A stretch of 63,965 nt of DNA, counting the filler, from Olpidium bornovanus S191 (Eukaryota; Fungi; Olpidiomycota): NCBI GenBank assembly GCA_017911155.1. It is 35 parts of 35 records of this genome, joined end to end, with 100 filler letters (N's around TTAATTAATTAA, not from the genome) between each part and the next. Parts side by side here need not be neighbours in the genome. Positions count along the whole stretch, not along the records: positions 23,713 to 24,782 come from JAEFCI010012078.1; positions 24,883 to 26,315 come from JAEFCI010001827.1; positions 26,416 to 27,623 come from JAEFCI010005440.1; positions 27,724 to 28,747 come from JAEFCI010007971.1; positions 28,848 to 30,151 come from JAEFCI010006876.1; positions 30,252 to 32,319 come from JAEFCI010011555.1; positions 32,420 to 33,481 come from JAEFCI010013161.1; positions 33,582 to 34,933 come from JAEFCI010002675.1; 27 more parts are not named here. The stretch is one strand, 5' to 3'. A program made the position numbers and the translations under genes. Shown piece by piece: positions 23,613 to 35,195 of the stretch. Each line of letters starts with the position of its first letter. The stretch's first letter is position 1. The notes under the pieces were generated by a model. The model worked only from the letters and a program-made list of their open reading frames with translations, made no database searches and was not told the DNA's origin.

Positions 23613-24882
23613 NNNNNNNNNNNNNNNNNNNNNNNNNNNNNNNNNNNNNNNNNNNNTTAATTAATTAANNNNNNNNNNNNNNNNNNNNNNNNNNNNNNNN
23701 NNNNNNNNNNNNAAAAAAAAAAAAAAAACACGGTTTCGGGGGGGGGATCGTTTTTTTTTTTTTTTTTTTTTTCCCCCTTAACCCTCCCCCCCCCCCCCCC
23801 CCTTGCATCCCCCACGCGTTTCCCGCCACCCCTGCCCCCTCGCGTCCCATATTCCGCTGCGTTCGCCCACTTTGCCAACTACCCTTACACCTTTTGCCAC
23901 ATCCTTAGCAACCTTTTTTTTGTTTTGCGAAGCAGGATTATTTTGTACATAGTCGTCGACGGATGACCTCGCGCCGTGTCGCTTCGGCAGTTGAGGGTTG
24001 CGCAAAAGAGCAGCCTAGGCGGTCGCCCCCCCCCCCGCCCTCCACCCCGCCGCCGTGCCGCGTTTTTCCTCCTGCCCGTGAGCCGTCCCTCCCCCCCACC
24101 CCCTACCTCGTTCCCTTCCCTCCCCTTTCGCTCCCCTTCGCTGGCCGGCTCGCTGTGCGGCGCGATTGGGCACCGTCGACAGGTGGAGCGTGGTGCCCTC
24201 CGTCCGTGTTCGCGGCGGGTCGTTGGTGGCTTCGCCGTGTACGCCGGCCAAATTCGTCAGTGGGCTTCTGCTGGCCCCGGCCTCCCGGCCCTCAAAAGCC
24301 GCCCTGCGGTTGGCCCGCCGCTGATACGCGGCCTTCCTAAGGTGTGGAGATTTGCCGAAGCGCTTCCCTCCCAGGGCCCGCATGTTTCTTCTGCCGGCTT
24401 CAAGGCCACAACTTTTGCCACTGCCCTGGCCGGGCTCAGGAGGCGAGAAGAAGACGGACGTCCGGCTGGGACGACCCCATACCATCTGGAAAAGAAGGCT
24501 CGGGGGGAGAGGGCGTTAAGGGGCAAAAAGTATACATCCTCTAATTAGAAATATTTGGGATTGCCGTTGCCAGTGCTGGTCTGCCGCGGTCCGCCGGCGT
24601 AAGATGTAATATAATGTTCTTTCTGGTCTGAATCCCTGAGACTTTCCCTTGGGAGCCCCAGGGCTGGGGAACTGGGCAGGGCCTGGGTGTCATAGACGCC
24701 AGCAACCGCAGGCACGAACAACCTCCGCAAGCAAAAAAGTTCGCAACAGCCGTGATTCTTATTTGCCAAAATCACAATCATGNNNNNNNNNNNNNNNNNN
24801 NNNNNNNNNNNNNNNNNNNNNNNNNNTTAATTAATTAANNNNNNNNNNNNNNNNNNNNNNNNNNNNNNNNNNNNNNNNNNNN

Positions 24883-25345
24883 ATTTAACACCTCTCCGGA
24901 TACCACGAAAATCGCGACGGAGACCTCCAATCTCAATAAAAACCTCGCCCGCGTTCGGATATTCTCGATATCGACGTTTCGAACCGAAGTCTCCAGTGGC
25001 TACCCCTAACGAGCCTTTTGTCCATTTTCTTGTTGAATACTCGTTGAGCTTGCTGTAGTCCGTACAGGCTCTTATTCAACCGGCAACACACGAGTCCTTT
25101 TGGCGCCTTGACACCTGGAGGAATCTTCATGTAGATTAACTCGCTTAGTTCACCATAGAGGAAAGCAGTCACGATGTCGAACTGATGGATTTGAAACCCG
25201 AGCGTAACGGCTATCGCGAGAATCAGCCGTAGGGCCTCCAGTCGACGGACGAGTGCGTATGTTTCCGTATAGTCGATGCCGGCGGCGTCTTTGAGAGAAG
25301 CCCTGGGCAAACCCAGGCGAGCTTTGTATACTTTCGATTGACCCT
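24883..25345 (-). pseudogene. Ty1/copia reverse transcriptase relic
   Basis: YKARL/AQGFSQ (frameshifted), GIDYTETYA..LRLILAIA..IHQFDIVTAFLYGEL..IYMKIPPG..LNKSLYGLQQAQRVFN. Confidence 0.88.
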
Positions 25346-25477
25346 CGTTCGTTCCCCCCTTCCCCGCCTCACTTTCTGGTTTTTTTTTTCACAAACTGAC
25401 AAGAACAAAAAAAAAAGGAAAAAAAAAGGCCCACAGAGAGGCGGCGATCCAGCATCCGACACTCAGCGCGGCCGAAG

Positions 25478-26315
25478 ATGCCGGTGACTAACGGAGCGGC
25501 GGAAGTGCGCACGGTGTACGCCGTCGAGCTGACTGACTGCGGTGCACCCGAAGTAAAGCTTGCGGTGAGCGGCGCTCAGGACACGACGACGCCCCCCGAG
25601 GCGCCTCGCGGCCCTTTGCTGACCTCGCGCCTCTCTGTCCACCACCTTACCATTCCACCTGAGCAAAGTATGTTCGCTTGCCGCCGCCCACGGACAAGCC
25701 GTACTATCTCAGGTTTCGCCTGGCCGCAGGCAGCGCCGCATATGTGGCAGCGGTGCTGAAGACAAACTATCCGATTAATCGGTGGGTGCGCGCGGCGAGG
25801 GGAAGTGGAGTGGCATTTTGTTTTCCCTGTTGTCCACCTGAGACTGCAGGTTTCTGAATGCGGACACGAACCGTGGTCAGCGGTCAGTTTGTTAGGAACA
25901 CGTGGCACGCAGTCAAGTAAGTACGAATTCGACGCTCCATCTGAAGTCGCATTTCTGGCTGGCTTGGTGGACGATTTGCGGACCGCAATCTGACTTGGAA
26001 GGGTCCAGGTTCACGGACCATCCGTGCTACAACGCACACTGCGACCTCGTAATCGAAAAATCGGGAGCGTACGAATATTACGTGGAGTCCCGCGTGACGG
26101 AAGAACGGTCCGAAACTGGGAAGGCGGATGGAGACCAACGCGATGAAGGTCGTATAGGATATTTCGTGGTCGAGCCCAAGCTCCACCCCCGTCGAAGCCT
26201 GCAGCCCATCCCCCTCGATGGCATCGCACTCGAATCTGTCATTCCAAAGCTTCTAGGGCCTATTTCGGCTTGGAAACCACGCATCAAGACTATTGCGGAT
26301 CGCGGCTACAACATG
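25478..26315 (+). CDS. GDB1: Glycogen debranching enzyme, 5' part
   Basis: Last exon GAYEYYVE..IGYFVVEPKL..IPLDGIALESVIPKLLGPISAWKPRIKTIADRGYNM matches the AGL/GDB1 N-terminal region; upstream exons are less certain. Confidence 0.85.
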
Positions 26316-26459
26316 NNNNNNNNNNNNNNNNNNNNNNNNNNNNNNNNNNNNNNNNNNNNTTAATTAATTAANNNNNNNNNNNNNNNNNNNNNNNNNNNNN
26401 NNNNNNNNNNNNNNNCATGGTTTTTATCAACGTTCGACTCCGGTGCCATTGCAAAACTT

Positions 26460-26822
26460 ATGCCCTTCCGCATAGACAACAAAGGAGCCGCTGAACTTGC
26501 GGGAGACAATGACGTAAAAGAGGTCGAAGCATATTGACTTTAGGTTCTACCGCTTGAGGCAATGCGCCGTGGACTATATCATCCAGATCGAGAACAGCAC
26601 TTAAGCGGCGAATTCAGCAAACCTCTTCACGAAGTCATTCGACAAGTCTAAGTTCGCTAAATCTAAAAACATGCTCGGCATGTGCGACGTCCGGGGCGTA
26701 CTTGGCCGTTAGGCGACAAACCGCCTGGGTTCGCTGCCGTAAAGGAAGAATGGCAAAAGTCCCAAAGATTTTGCGCTACCGTGGGCTACGCTCAAAGGGC
26801 ACGCATTTGCGATGAGGAGGAG
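26460..26822 (+). pseudogene. Ty1/copia RNase H C-terminus relic with candidate polypurine tract
   Basis: IDNKGAAELA..(frameshift) RSKHIDFRFYRLRQ..ST*AANSANLFTKSFDKSKF..MLGM, then GAGGAGGAG (26814-26822) followed by TGT. Confidence 0.8.
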
Positions 26823-28006
26823 TGTCGAGCAGGAGGGGGACGGGGCTCATTGCCCAGGTGCACGGCAGAGACTACTTTCCCTTGTAGTCCACTGAGGAAT
26901 TCGCCGAGAACCCGCACGACTCGAACGCTAAACGGCGCGATTTTCCTTTTTTTTTGGGGGGGGGGGGGAGGGGGGTATGCAGCTCCGCCGCGGAAACGAG
27001 CTCGGGGAGGAAGGAGGAGAGGTGGGAGGGGGGTGGTGTGGACCATGGGGTGGCATCGCTGACGCACTCCTGGCTTCCTCCCCACTCCCTTACATCGCCT
27101 GTGTGGGCCACTTCTCGCAGGCCTTTTTTTTTTTTTTTTTTTTTTTGCGCGGCTTGCCACTTTCCCGCCCGAGTAGATCCAGTCGAGTGCGATTATCTCT
27201 CTCCCTGAACGCACCGTGGCCCGCCTCTTTTTAACCCGCACCGTTCAAACACAAGCGCGAATTCGACGGACACGGAAAACCCGGTACGAGAGGGAAGTGT
27301 GCAGAAAGAGTGTTGGCGACGGGAATGAAAGTATACACGCCGGGGGCAAATGCATTACTTGCGGGAAAAGAAAACCGCCAGGGAATATGGGTTGGGGTGT
27401 GGGGGAGGAGGGGGGGAGGAAGGGGGAGGGAAAAAAGGAGGGGGATCTGTTGCTCTCCGTCCCCCCCCCCCCCCCCCCCCCCCCCCGCCCCCGCCCCCCG
27501 CCCCCGCCGCTCGCTCCCGTACCCCTCCGGCCCTCGGGCGCCACAACCACACCGCCCGCACTCAACAACGAAGCGGAAGCGCAGGCGAAGACAAAGGAGG
27601 ACGCCGGACCATGGAAGGCGAGANNNNNNNNNNNNNNNNNNNNNNNNNNNNNNNNNNNNNNNNNNNNTTAATTAATTAANNNNNNNNNNNNNNNNNNNNN
27701 NNNNNNNNNNNNNNNNNNNNNNNAAGTACTCCCTGTTGAGGCGCTCGGCACCTGCATGAAATTTTGGTTTCGGAGGTTTTTTCCTTTTTTTTTTTTGGAG
27801 TCCGACTACGGAAACAACCCCCCCCCCCCCCCCCCCCCCCCGCCCCCCAACCCTGCATGACGTTCTTCTGGTGCTGACGCACGACTGGCCTCGTCCGCTG
27901 TGCGTAGGGCGCCGCGCCGGATGCAGACGTTCAACCGACGGCGCAGCCGCCGTCAGATCCGCAGCAAGCCAAGACCTCCCGCAAACCCAAGTCGCGAGGC
28001 TCAAAC

Positions 28007-28747
28007 GTGTTCCGCTTTTTTAAAAAGCGGGATAACGCAAACGCACGCACGAAAAATCCGCACGCTCTCGATGTTTCCAAACCGCCGCCGCCGTCATCTT
28101 TCGCGCCAGCGGCCTCCGAACTGCCCGCCGCCTCCTCGATCAACCCGGCGCCCGCCCCGCCGCCCCCCGATTCGACAACCGCCGCCTCCCCGGACGATGC
28201 CGCTTCGCAGTCGAAGCAGCAGTCTGTCGCCGGCAACGGCGCCAGGACCGGAAACGACGGCGAGGGGCCCAAGCGGTGGTCCGTGAAGAACATCCTTAAA
28301 CGGCGGAACGGCGGCCCGTCCGGATCTGGCTCGTCCGGCTCGTCCGACCGGCCGAATGCTGCGGGAAACGCCCCGACGAGGGCAAGACCCGGCGGGGCCG
28401 TTTCGCCGCCGCATGCGGTCGCGGAGGTCGTCCTGCTCAAGCCGTTTGCGTCGCTCGAGTCTTTCGTCGAAAACGGTGCGAGCCCGGTGGAAGACCAGCC
28501 GCCCGGCGGCGTCGTGCTGCCGGATGCCCATCCCTCAGTCCCGGAGGACGTCCGGCCTCCAGTCACCTCCTTGTTGGCCGATAACCGGCCGTTGATCATG
28601 GCGGACGCCGCGCCGCCCAAAACGTCCATGTTGCCTGGTGCTCGGGGTGCTCCTGACAGCGCCACTGTGCTGAAAAGGTCACCGCAATCCAGCCAGATCT
28701 TGTCGTCGACAACCAATTTGCTGCAGAGGGAAATCCCGCTCCGTCGT
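28007..28747 (+). CDS. Hypothetical protein, disordered N-terminus (partial)
   Basis: Open frame of about 247 codons from MFRFFKKR with GC3 bias; no domain recognised. Confidence 0.5.
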
Positions 28748-28853
28748 NNNNNNNNNNNNNNNNNNNNNNNNNNNNNNNNNNNNNNNNNNNNTTAATTAAT
28801 TAANNNNNNNNNNNNNNNNNNNNNNNNNNNNNNNNNNNNNNNNNNNNGCTGCG

Positions 28854-28884
<31 letters not shown>

Positions 28885-28915
28885 CGGCGGGGGGGGGGGG
28901 GGGGGGGGGGCGGCG

Positions 28916-28973
<58 letters not shown>

Positions 28974-29204
28974 CGGGCAGAGGAGCGGGGAGACCCAGAA
29001 TTTTTAGATTCTTTGTGCTCGCGAGAGAGAAAAGAATTGGGGGGGAAGAAGGTTCAAGAAAAAGGGGAGGGGGGTGGTTCGCGCGCGCTTTTTCTCTCGA
29101 CTTGGTTTTTTTGTTTTATTTGGTTTTCACTCAAACGCTCTCCCGGGGCCGGGGCCGTTTCCTTTTTTTTTTTTTTTTTTTTTTTTCTTTTTCTTTTTTT
29201 GCAG

Positions 29205-29953
29205 CACAGCACCAAAATCGTGTCGCTGGACCTCGCCGACAACTGGATCGAAGGGGAAGGGGCGGGGGCGATGGGCCGGATGCTGGCCGACAACGTGACG
29301 CTCACCACCCTGGTCCTGGCCGGGAACCGGATGGGCGGGATCGGGTGCGCGGAGCTCGCCGCCGCCCTCGCGGAGAACTCCACGCTCAAGGTGCTGAGTT
29401 TGAAAGGTCCGGTCGTCGGTTTGTCTTCTTCTCCCCTCCCGCGCCCCGCCACCACCCCCCCCCCCCCCTCCTCTCTCTTTTTTTGTTTTTATTTTTATTT
29501 TTTTTTTTTCCTTTTCTTTTTTTTCTCGTTTTTTCGGGCTCGTGCGCCGGACGAGAGGGCGGCAAAATGACGCGCGCGCGGCACGCGCGCCGCCGCCGCG
29601 CCTCTTCGTGCCGAGAACTTGTTTCGCCGGCTCTTTTTTCTCTCTTTTCTCTCTCTCTTTTTCTAACCAAACAAGAACACGCGCCACGCGCACACACACA
29701 CACACCAAAAAAAAAAAAAAAAAAATAATTGCCAGGCAACCAGCTGGGCGACCGGCACGCCGCCGAGATCGCCAGGGCCCTGAAGGCGAGCAGCACGCTG
29801 GCCAGCCTGGACCTGTCGTACAACGAGATCGGGGACGTCGGCGCCCTGGCGCTTGGCAGCGCGCTGGCGGTGAACGCAGGGCTGAGCGAGCTCAACTTGG
29901 AGTGGAACGTCATGCGCGCGAAGGGCGTCGGCGCCCTGCTCGCCGGCTTGCGG
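29205..29953 (+). CDS. RNI-type leucine-rich repeat protein (LRRC74-like), two internal exons
   Basis: Exons 29205-29406 and 29736-29953 give 28-residue repeats (SLDLADNWIEGEGA, SLDLSYNEIGDVGA, ELNLEWNVMRAKGV). Confidence 0.8.
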
Positions 29954-29991
29954 GTAACGATGCGTTTTTGCCTGCCGTCCCATTCCACCCC

Positions 29992-30035
<44 letters not shown>

Positions 30036-30061
30036 CCGCCCTTTTCCACTGCTCGCTCCAG

Positions 30062-30151
30062 CGTTCTTCGCCGCGCTCGAAGCGGAGGTCCGCAAGGTCG
30101 ACGACTTCTTCGTGTTCCTGCGGACCGAGACGATGCAGCGCTGCCACGAAA
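30062..30151 (+). CDS. SPX-domain-like exon fragment
   Basis: After a ctccag acceptor: FFAALEAEVRKVDDFFVFLRTETMQRCHE, matching SPX helix 3 (FFxxLExELxKVxxFY). Confidence 0.55.
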
Positions 30152-30269
30152 NNNNNNNNNNNNNNNNNNNNNNNNNNNNNNNNNNNNNNNNNNNNTTAAT
30201 TAATTAANNNNNNNNNNNNNNNNNNNNNNNNNNNNNNNNNNNNNNNNNNNNCATGGGTCACATTTGCAT

Positions 30270-30430
30270 CTGTCTCAATTTTTTTGCCTGAATCTGCTTG
30301 TTTTGCGTCTGAATCTGCGTCGAATTCTGTGTCACAATATGCGTCGCATTTGGTGTCTGAATTTACGTCAAATTCTGCATCAACCTTTGCGTCTGAATCT
30401 GCATCATATTTTCTCCTTCTGAATCTGCAA
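30270..30430 (-). repeat. Degenerate 12-bp tandem repeat encoding D-x-x-x tetrapeptides
   Basis: Unit about tgcgtctgaatc; the minus frame reads DADS DAKV DAEF DVNS DTKC DAYC DTEF DADS DAKQ. Confidence 0.75.
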
Positions 30431-32419
30431 CGGATACTGGAGAAAGATGACATCGAGGAACAGGACTCTGTCTAAATGAGCACAGAAAAAGTTGAAGAAA
30501 ATTTTTATCAGGGGATAACCCTGGCGCTGTCTTTGAGGGAGCGAAGCTCACCGATGTGTATCTCCAGACCTTGCTAAGCGAATATTGCGTACTTCACTTG
30601 TTACAACGTGACCTGCAGAGCGCACCGTACGGCTCATTACATTATGAGCGTTTTTGCACGTAAAAGTGGACTTTTATTAGCAATGATTCAATCCGTAATG
30701 AGCTGTACTGTGGTATACTGTTGTTAATAAAATTTTATGGAACTGGTACAACTTATCATTAGAAAAGTAAAATCAGTAATAAACATAATTATGTCATGTG
30801 GCATGTAATTGATGTATTTACTTTGCATGACAATACTAACTTTTGAACATAAAATTGTTTTGCACAAACCATAATCAGTTCGAACTTGCACCTGACATTG
30901 ATGATATTCTGTTACGTTATTTTGCTGCTGGTTTTACAAATTCAGTGAAGAGATTTGAACTGTTATATTAAAAATATTAGTTTTAATACGGTTAATCGTT
31001 AGATAATGGGCCATTCATGTAAAGGTGTAATGCATAGGTTTCATCGACTATTATTGTTTCCATGATATTAAAGTAGTTGTTATTAATGCAAATTTATATA
31101 TAAGTACATGTAATACGTGCAATAATTGTAAACCTTAAACTGGTCTGTAATAAGCCATGGATGTATGTATTATATTTTGCGTGATATAATTGATCATTGA
31201 ATAAATCCTTATAACAATATGTTTATAAACATAATAAAGTTGATATATGTGAACTGGTGCATAATAAGCATGTGACTCGAAGCGGACGCAAAATTCCGCA
31301 AGGGGCGGCAGCGCGTTTCCGGCAGCGAATTGCGTGTGCTGTATTCTGCCCCAACGCACCCAGCCCAGCCCAGCCCCGCCCCCCCCCCCCCCCCCCCCCC
31401 ACCCCCCCCCCCCGAAACCCCGCCTCACCCCGCCCGGAGGTGGTCCTGCGCAGCAAAGACGTTTTAAGCCGCCGCCTTCCGCACACGTATTGTTTGCCCG
31501 CCAAACCGTTCACGCGGTCGCCGCAGGCAACTCGGCGGTTTGCCGGGAGAGACCTTTTGATCGCGATCAGCCGGGCAGACGGAGGCCCCGGTCCGGGAGC
31601 GGAAAACGCTGTTGCCGACAGCGGGCCGGCCGGCGTTCTGTCTCGCCGGCTTCCGCTGCCGGCGACCCGAGAGCGAGATCGTTGATCAGCCCCCGCCCGC
31701 GGGGCTGCGCCTGCGCCCCGCGCGGCGCCGAAAACGGAAGCTTTCGCGCGCGCGACCGGCCGCGGGCGACGCCCGCTCGCGACGGGGCCGGGCCCGCCCG
31801 GGCACGACGCCGCCCGCGGTTTTTACGACGTTTCGCGCGGCCACCGTTCCGCCGGGGGGGGGGGGAAGGTGGAGCTCTCTTTCTCTCTCTCTTTCCGCGA
31901 CAAAGGGGCGAAGGAAGAGCGCGTGACCGGCGTCACCGCAGGCCACCGCGCTCTTATTTGCGCCCCACGCTGCCGCGGCGCCCGCCTAAGATCTTTTTTT
32001 TTTTCTGCGCTCTCGTTCGTCCGACACTCACGTCGCGCCTCCATAACCATCGTCCTCCCCCCGCGCTCCACGAAAACGGCGCCCACAAACAAAAGGAAAG
32101 CTCGCTGCGTCGATGGCCACCACCACCGCAGTCCCGGCGTTCTCCAGCCCACGCAGACATTCGTTATTTTATTCGTCGATGGCGGGGGAGCCGCCGGCCA
32201 TGTCGGGCCGGAGTTCATCTCCGTCATTTCTCTCCTCGTGAAGCGAGTGGCGTGGGGGATGCGCACGCGGGTGTTTGGCGCAGATCAGTGGGTCTGGTTG
32301 TCTCCCCGCGATAACGTGANNNNNNNNNNNNNNNNNNNNNNNNNNNNNNNNNNNNNNNNNNNNTTAATTAATTAANNNNNNNNNNNNNNNNNNNNNNNNN
32401 NNNNNNNNNNNNNNNNNNN

Positions 32420-32466
<47 letters not shown>

Positions 32467-33581
32467 AAAAAAGGGCGCCCGGTTTTCTCGCGTTTGGAGG
32501 CCACCACCACCGCCGCCCCCCTCTGCTCGCTCGCGGCTGAGGTGTACGCCCCGGGCGCTTGGTCCCGCTTGGGAGGGCAGCACGCGGTCGCGCTGGAGGC
32601 TGTTCCTTGCCCTGCTTGCTCGCATTTTCCCCGGGTGAGCTCTCCCGGGTCCGCAAATCAAAGGAAAGGCGCAACCCGGTCGCCGAAAAAACCCCCCTTG
32701 GCCGCTTTCCGAAGAAAAAGGTCGAACGCCCGGGGCACTTCCGATTTCGTTTACCGCCAAAAAAACAGAGGCCTCGCGCAGACGGCACGGCGGGGCGGTC
32801 CGGGTTCCTTCCTCCCGTCCGTCGGAGGCCCCCGCCGAGGTCGCGAGGGCAGACGCCCCCCCCCCCCATTGGAAGTCCCTCCGCCGGTCGTTTCTGTCCT
32901 CGTCCGCGAGGTTGACTTCCGCTTGCGAGGCAAACGCTCCGTCGGAAATCCACTCGGAGATTGCGTTCGCCTCCCTCCCCCCCGGGCCCCACCTGCGCGG
33001 ATTTGTCCTCCCAGAGTGTCTCCACGCCCCCTCAGACTTGCTCGAGCACCGTCGACCGAATTGCCCGAGCAGCCGCCGGCGGCTTTTCCCTTCGAAGCTT
33101 CGTGTCGATCGACGCCAAATACCCGGGCGCGAGGAAGGGGCGCCAATTCGCGTTACTGGCGTTCCTGGGATACCCGGGTGCCGTTGCGTTACAATCATCA
33201 GGAAAAACGAGGGGGTGAGGGGGGAGGAGGTGGGGGTCCAAAAATTGTGAGTGTACAGAGAGATTGAGGTGGCGATAGCAAGATAAAAGCCCAATCCTCC
33301 GGTTCGGCCGCAAGTAGCAACGTGATGTGCACCTTGGCAGGCGAGAGCCGTTGCCAAAAGCGAGTCGCCGCAGTGAAGTTGGCGCAGGCCTGTCTACAGC
33401 CTTTGTTTTTTATTTTCCTTTTGGGCCGTTGACGTTTGGTAGTCTGGATTCCTGCAAGGGGCGCCTCCAACGCGCCCCATGNNNNNNNNNNNNNNNNNNN
33501 NNNNNNNNNNNNNNNNNNNNNNNNNTTAATTAATTAANNNNNNNNNNNNNNNNNNNNNNNNNNNNNNNNNNNNNNNNNNNN

Positions 33582-34491
33582 CATGAAAAACACGTAAACA
33601 GGCGGCAAAAGTAAGCCCATACCAGTTCGACGTTCCCAAAGTCCGCGGTACACTTTCTTTTCCCTTTGGCGTCGATGCCAGTCCCTATACAATTCTCGGC
33701 GACCAAAGCTTGTGCCTCCACGTTGTATTCCCTCCTGAATGCCGGCGTTTCCCGCGTTTTCTTCGACTTTGGCACGTTTTCGGGCAAGGAAGCCTCCAGG
33801 CACATGGCGCGCTTGCGGCTTCTAGTATTGCCGGACGGCGTGACACTGTTCACGCCAGCGGTGAAAGCGGAGGCCGAAGCCGAGGCGGCGGAGCGGTCGC
33901 GCATGCTCCTCGTGGCCGGTCCTGGTACAGGTACAGTTGCAGACGATGGCCCGGCATCTCGGCGTTCGCGCGTCGGGCGCGGTGTCCTGAAGGCCGCTGG
34001 CACCTGGAAATCGTCATCGCCTTCAGACATAATCATAGTCACCGAATTGGTCGATGACGTAGCAGTAGCAGTGGCGGGCTTAGAGACGCAGGAGGCGGTA
34101 GTGGTAGTCCTCTTGGGCACGACGATTGAATTTTGCTGCAAAAGTGGGCAAGGATAGAGGTGAAAACATTGTCCCCCACGATGCCCCCAGTTGGAAAAAC
34201 CGCCGACGACCGCAAGCGATGGCGGTTGGTTTCGACCTGGACGTTTTCTTTGCTCTCGTCACTGCCCGAGTCATGCGCACTGCCCACTGCGGAGCGGGTC
34301 ACCCCGCTTAGAACGCTACTTTGCTTCACACGCCGCCGCGCACGGGAAACGTTCGCAGTGGTCGTGGCGGGGCCAGCGTTCGCCTCCGCAGGAGTCGCGA
34401 AAGCGGCTGGGGCGGCTGACGAGAGCGACCTCAGCGCCTTCAACTTCGCGGCTCGCAACGGACCACGCCCCGACGCCGACGAGGCGTCCAT
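33582..34491 (-). CDS. Hypothetical low-complexity protein, 5' part
   Basis: Two consecutive long frames (34491-34039 and 34141-33582) with a tgcag acceptor near 34140; KEN and DDDFQ motifs; no domain recognised. Confidence 0.4.
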
Positions 34492-34739
34492 GCTGCTCGG
34501 TCGTCAGCGACTGGCGCGACCGCCAAAATCCCCGAGCGCGCGGTGGATTAGGTACACCGGTCGGAAGCAGCCTGGGAGAGCTCCAAGCCACGTGATTACG
34601 TGTCATGCGTCACGTGGAAGGCAACATCTAACCGTCTCGCACTGCGCGTCTTGGCCACCAACGCGGCACTTTCGTCATTGTCACAAGACTCGAGACAACG
34701 AGGCAAGCAAAGAACTGACCTCTCCAAAATATTCGAGGG

Positions 34740-34933
34740 ACTAACACCTTCAAGGCCAATAAAAAACAGAACTATCCGCCTCTGATACCAACGGAGATGT
34801 GTGGGGGGCGGGAACACATGTCTGTTGATCAATCTCCAAACGTCCAAGATTGGATGAATGCGATGGCCTCTGAAGTAGCAAGCCGTCGCAGACATAAAAC
34901 GTTTGATCTTGCTCCCGGTCACCCCGGCGCTCG
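34740..34933 (+). pseudogene. Ty1/copia pol relic (start of the RT region)
   Basis: SPNVQDWMNAMASEVASRRRHKTFDLAP resembles copia SPxxxxWxxAMxxExxSLxxxxTWxLVP. Confidence 0.6.
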
Positions 34934-35195
34934 NNNNNNNNNNNNNNNNNNNNNNNNNNNNNNNNNNNNNNNNNNNNTTAATTAATTAANNNNNNNNNNN
35001 NNNNNNNNNNNNNNNNNNNNNNNNNNNNNNNNNAAAAAAAAAAAAAAAAAGAAAAGAACAACAAAAGATTAAACAAAAAAAAAAACCGCACACGTAAACA
35101 CTTCCGGCGCACTCTACGTCAAAAAGAAAGAGAAAAAAAGCGCCCCTGCGCAAACAACACGCGCGTCAGGGCGAAGGAAAATACGCGCGCCCTTG

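Noticed and set aside
23713-24782. ORFs in contigs 12, 17 (GC part), 18, 28 and 35
   Set aside because: There are several overlapping frames and some splice-like sites, but I could not support a consistent gene model.
26311-26420. Contig 13 ends and contig 14 begins with CATG, suggesting true adjacency
   Set aside because: The left side is mid-GDB1 coding sequence and the right side is a copia RNase H relic; the reading frame does not continue.
26433-26452. GTTCGACTCCGGTGCCA resembling a tRNA T-arm and 3' end
   Set aside because: No upstream cloverleaf; it directly precedes the copia relic.
28855-28975. About 120-nt poly-G tract as a G-quadruplex element
   Set aside because: It lies at a contig end, and its length may be inflated by sequencing or assembly error.
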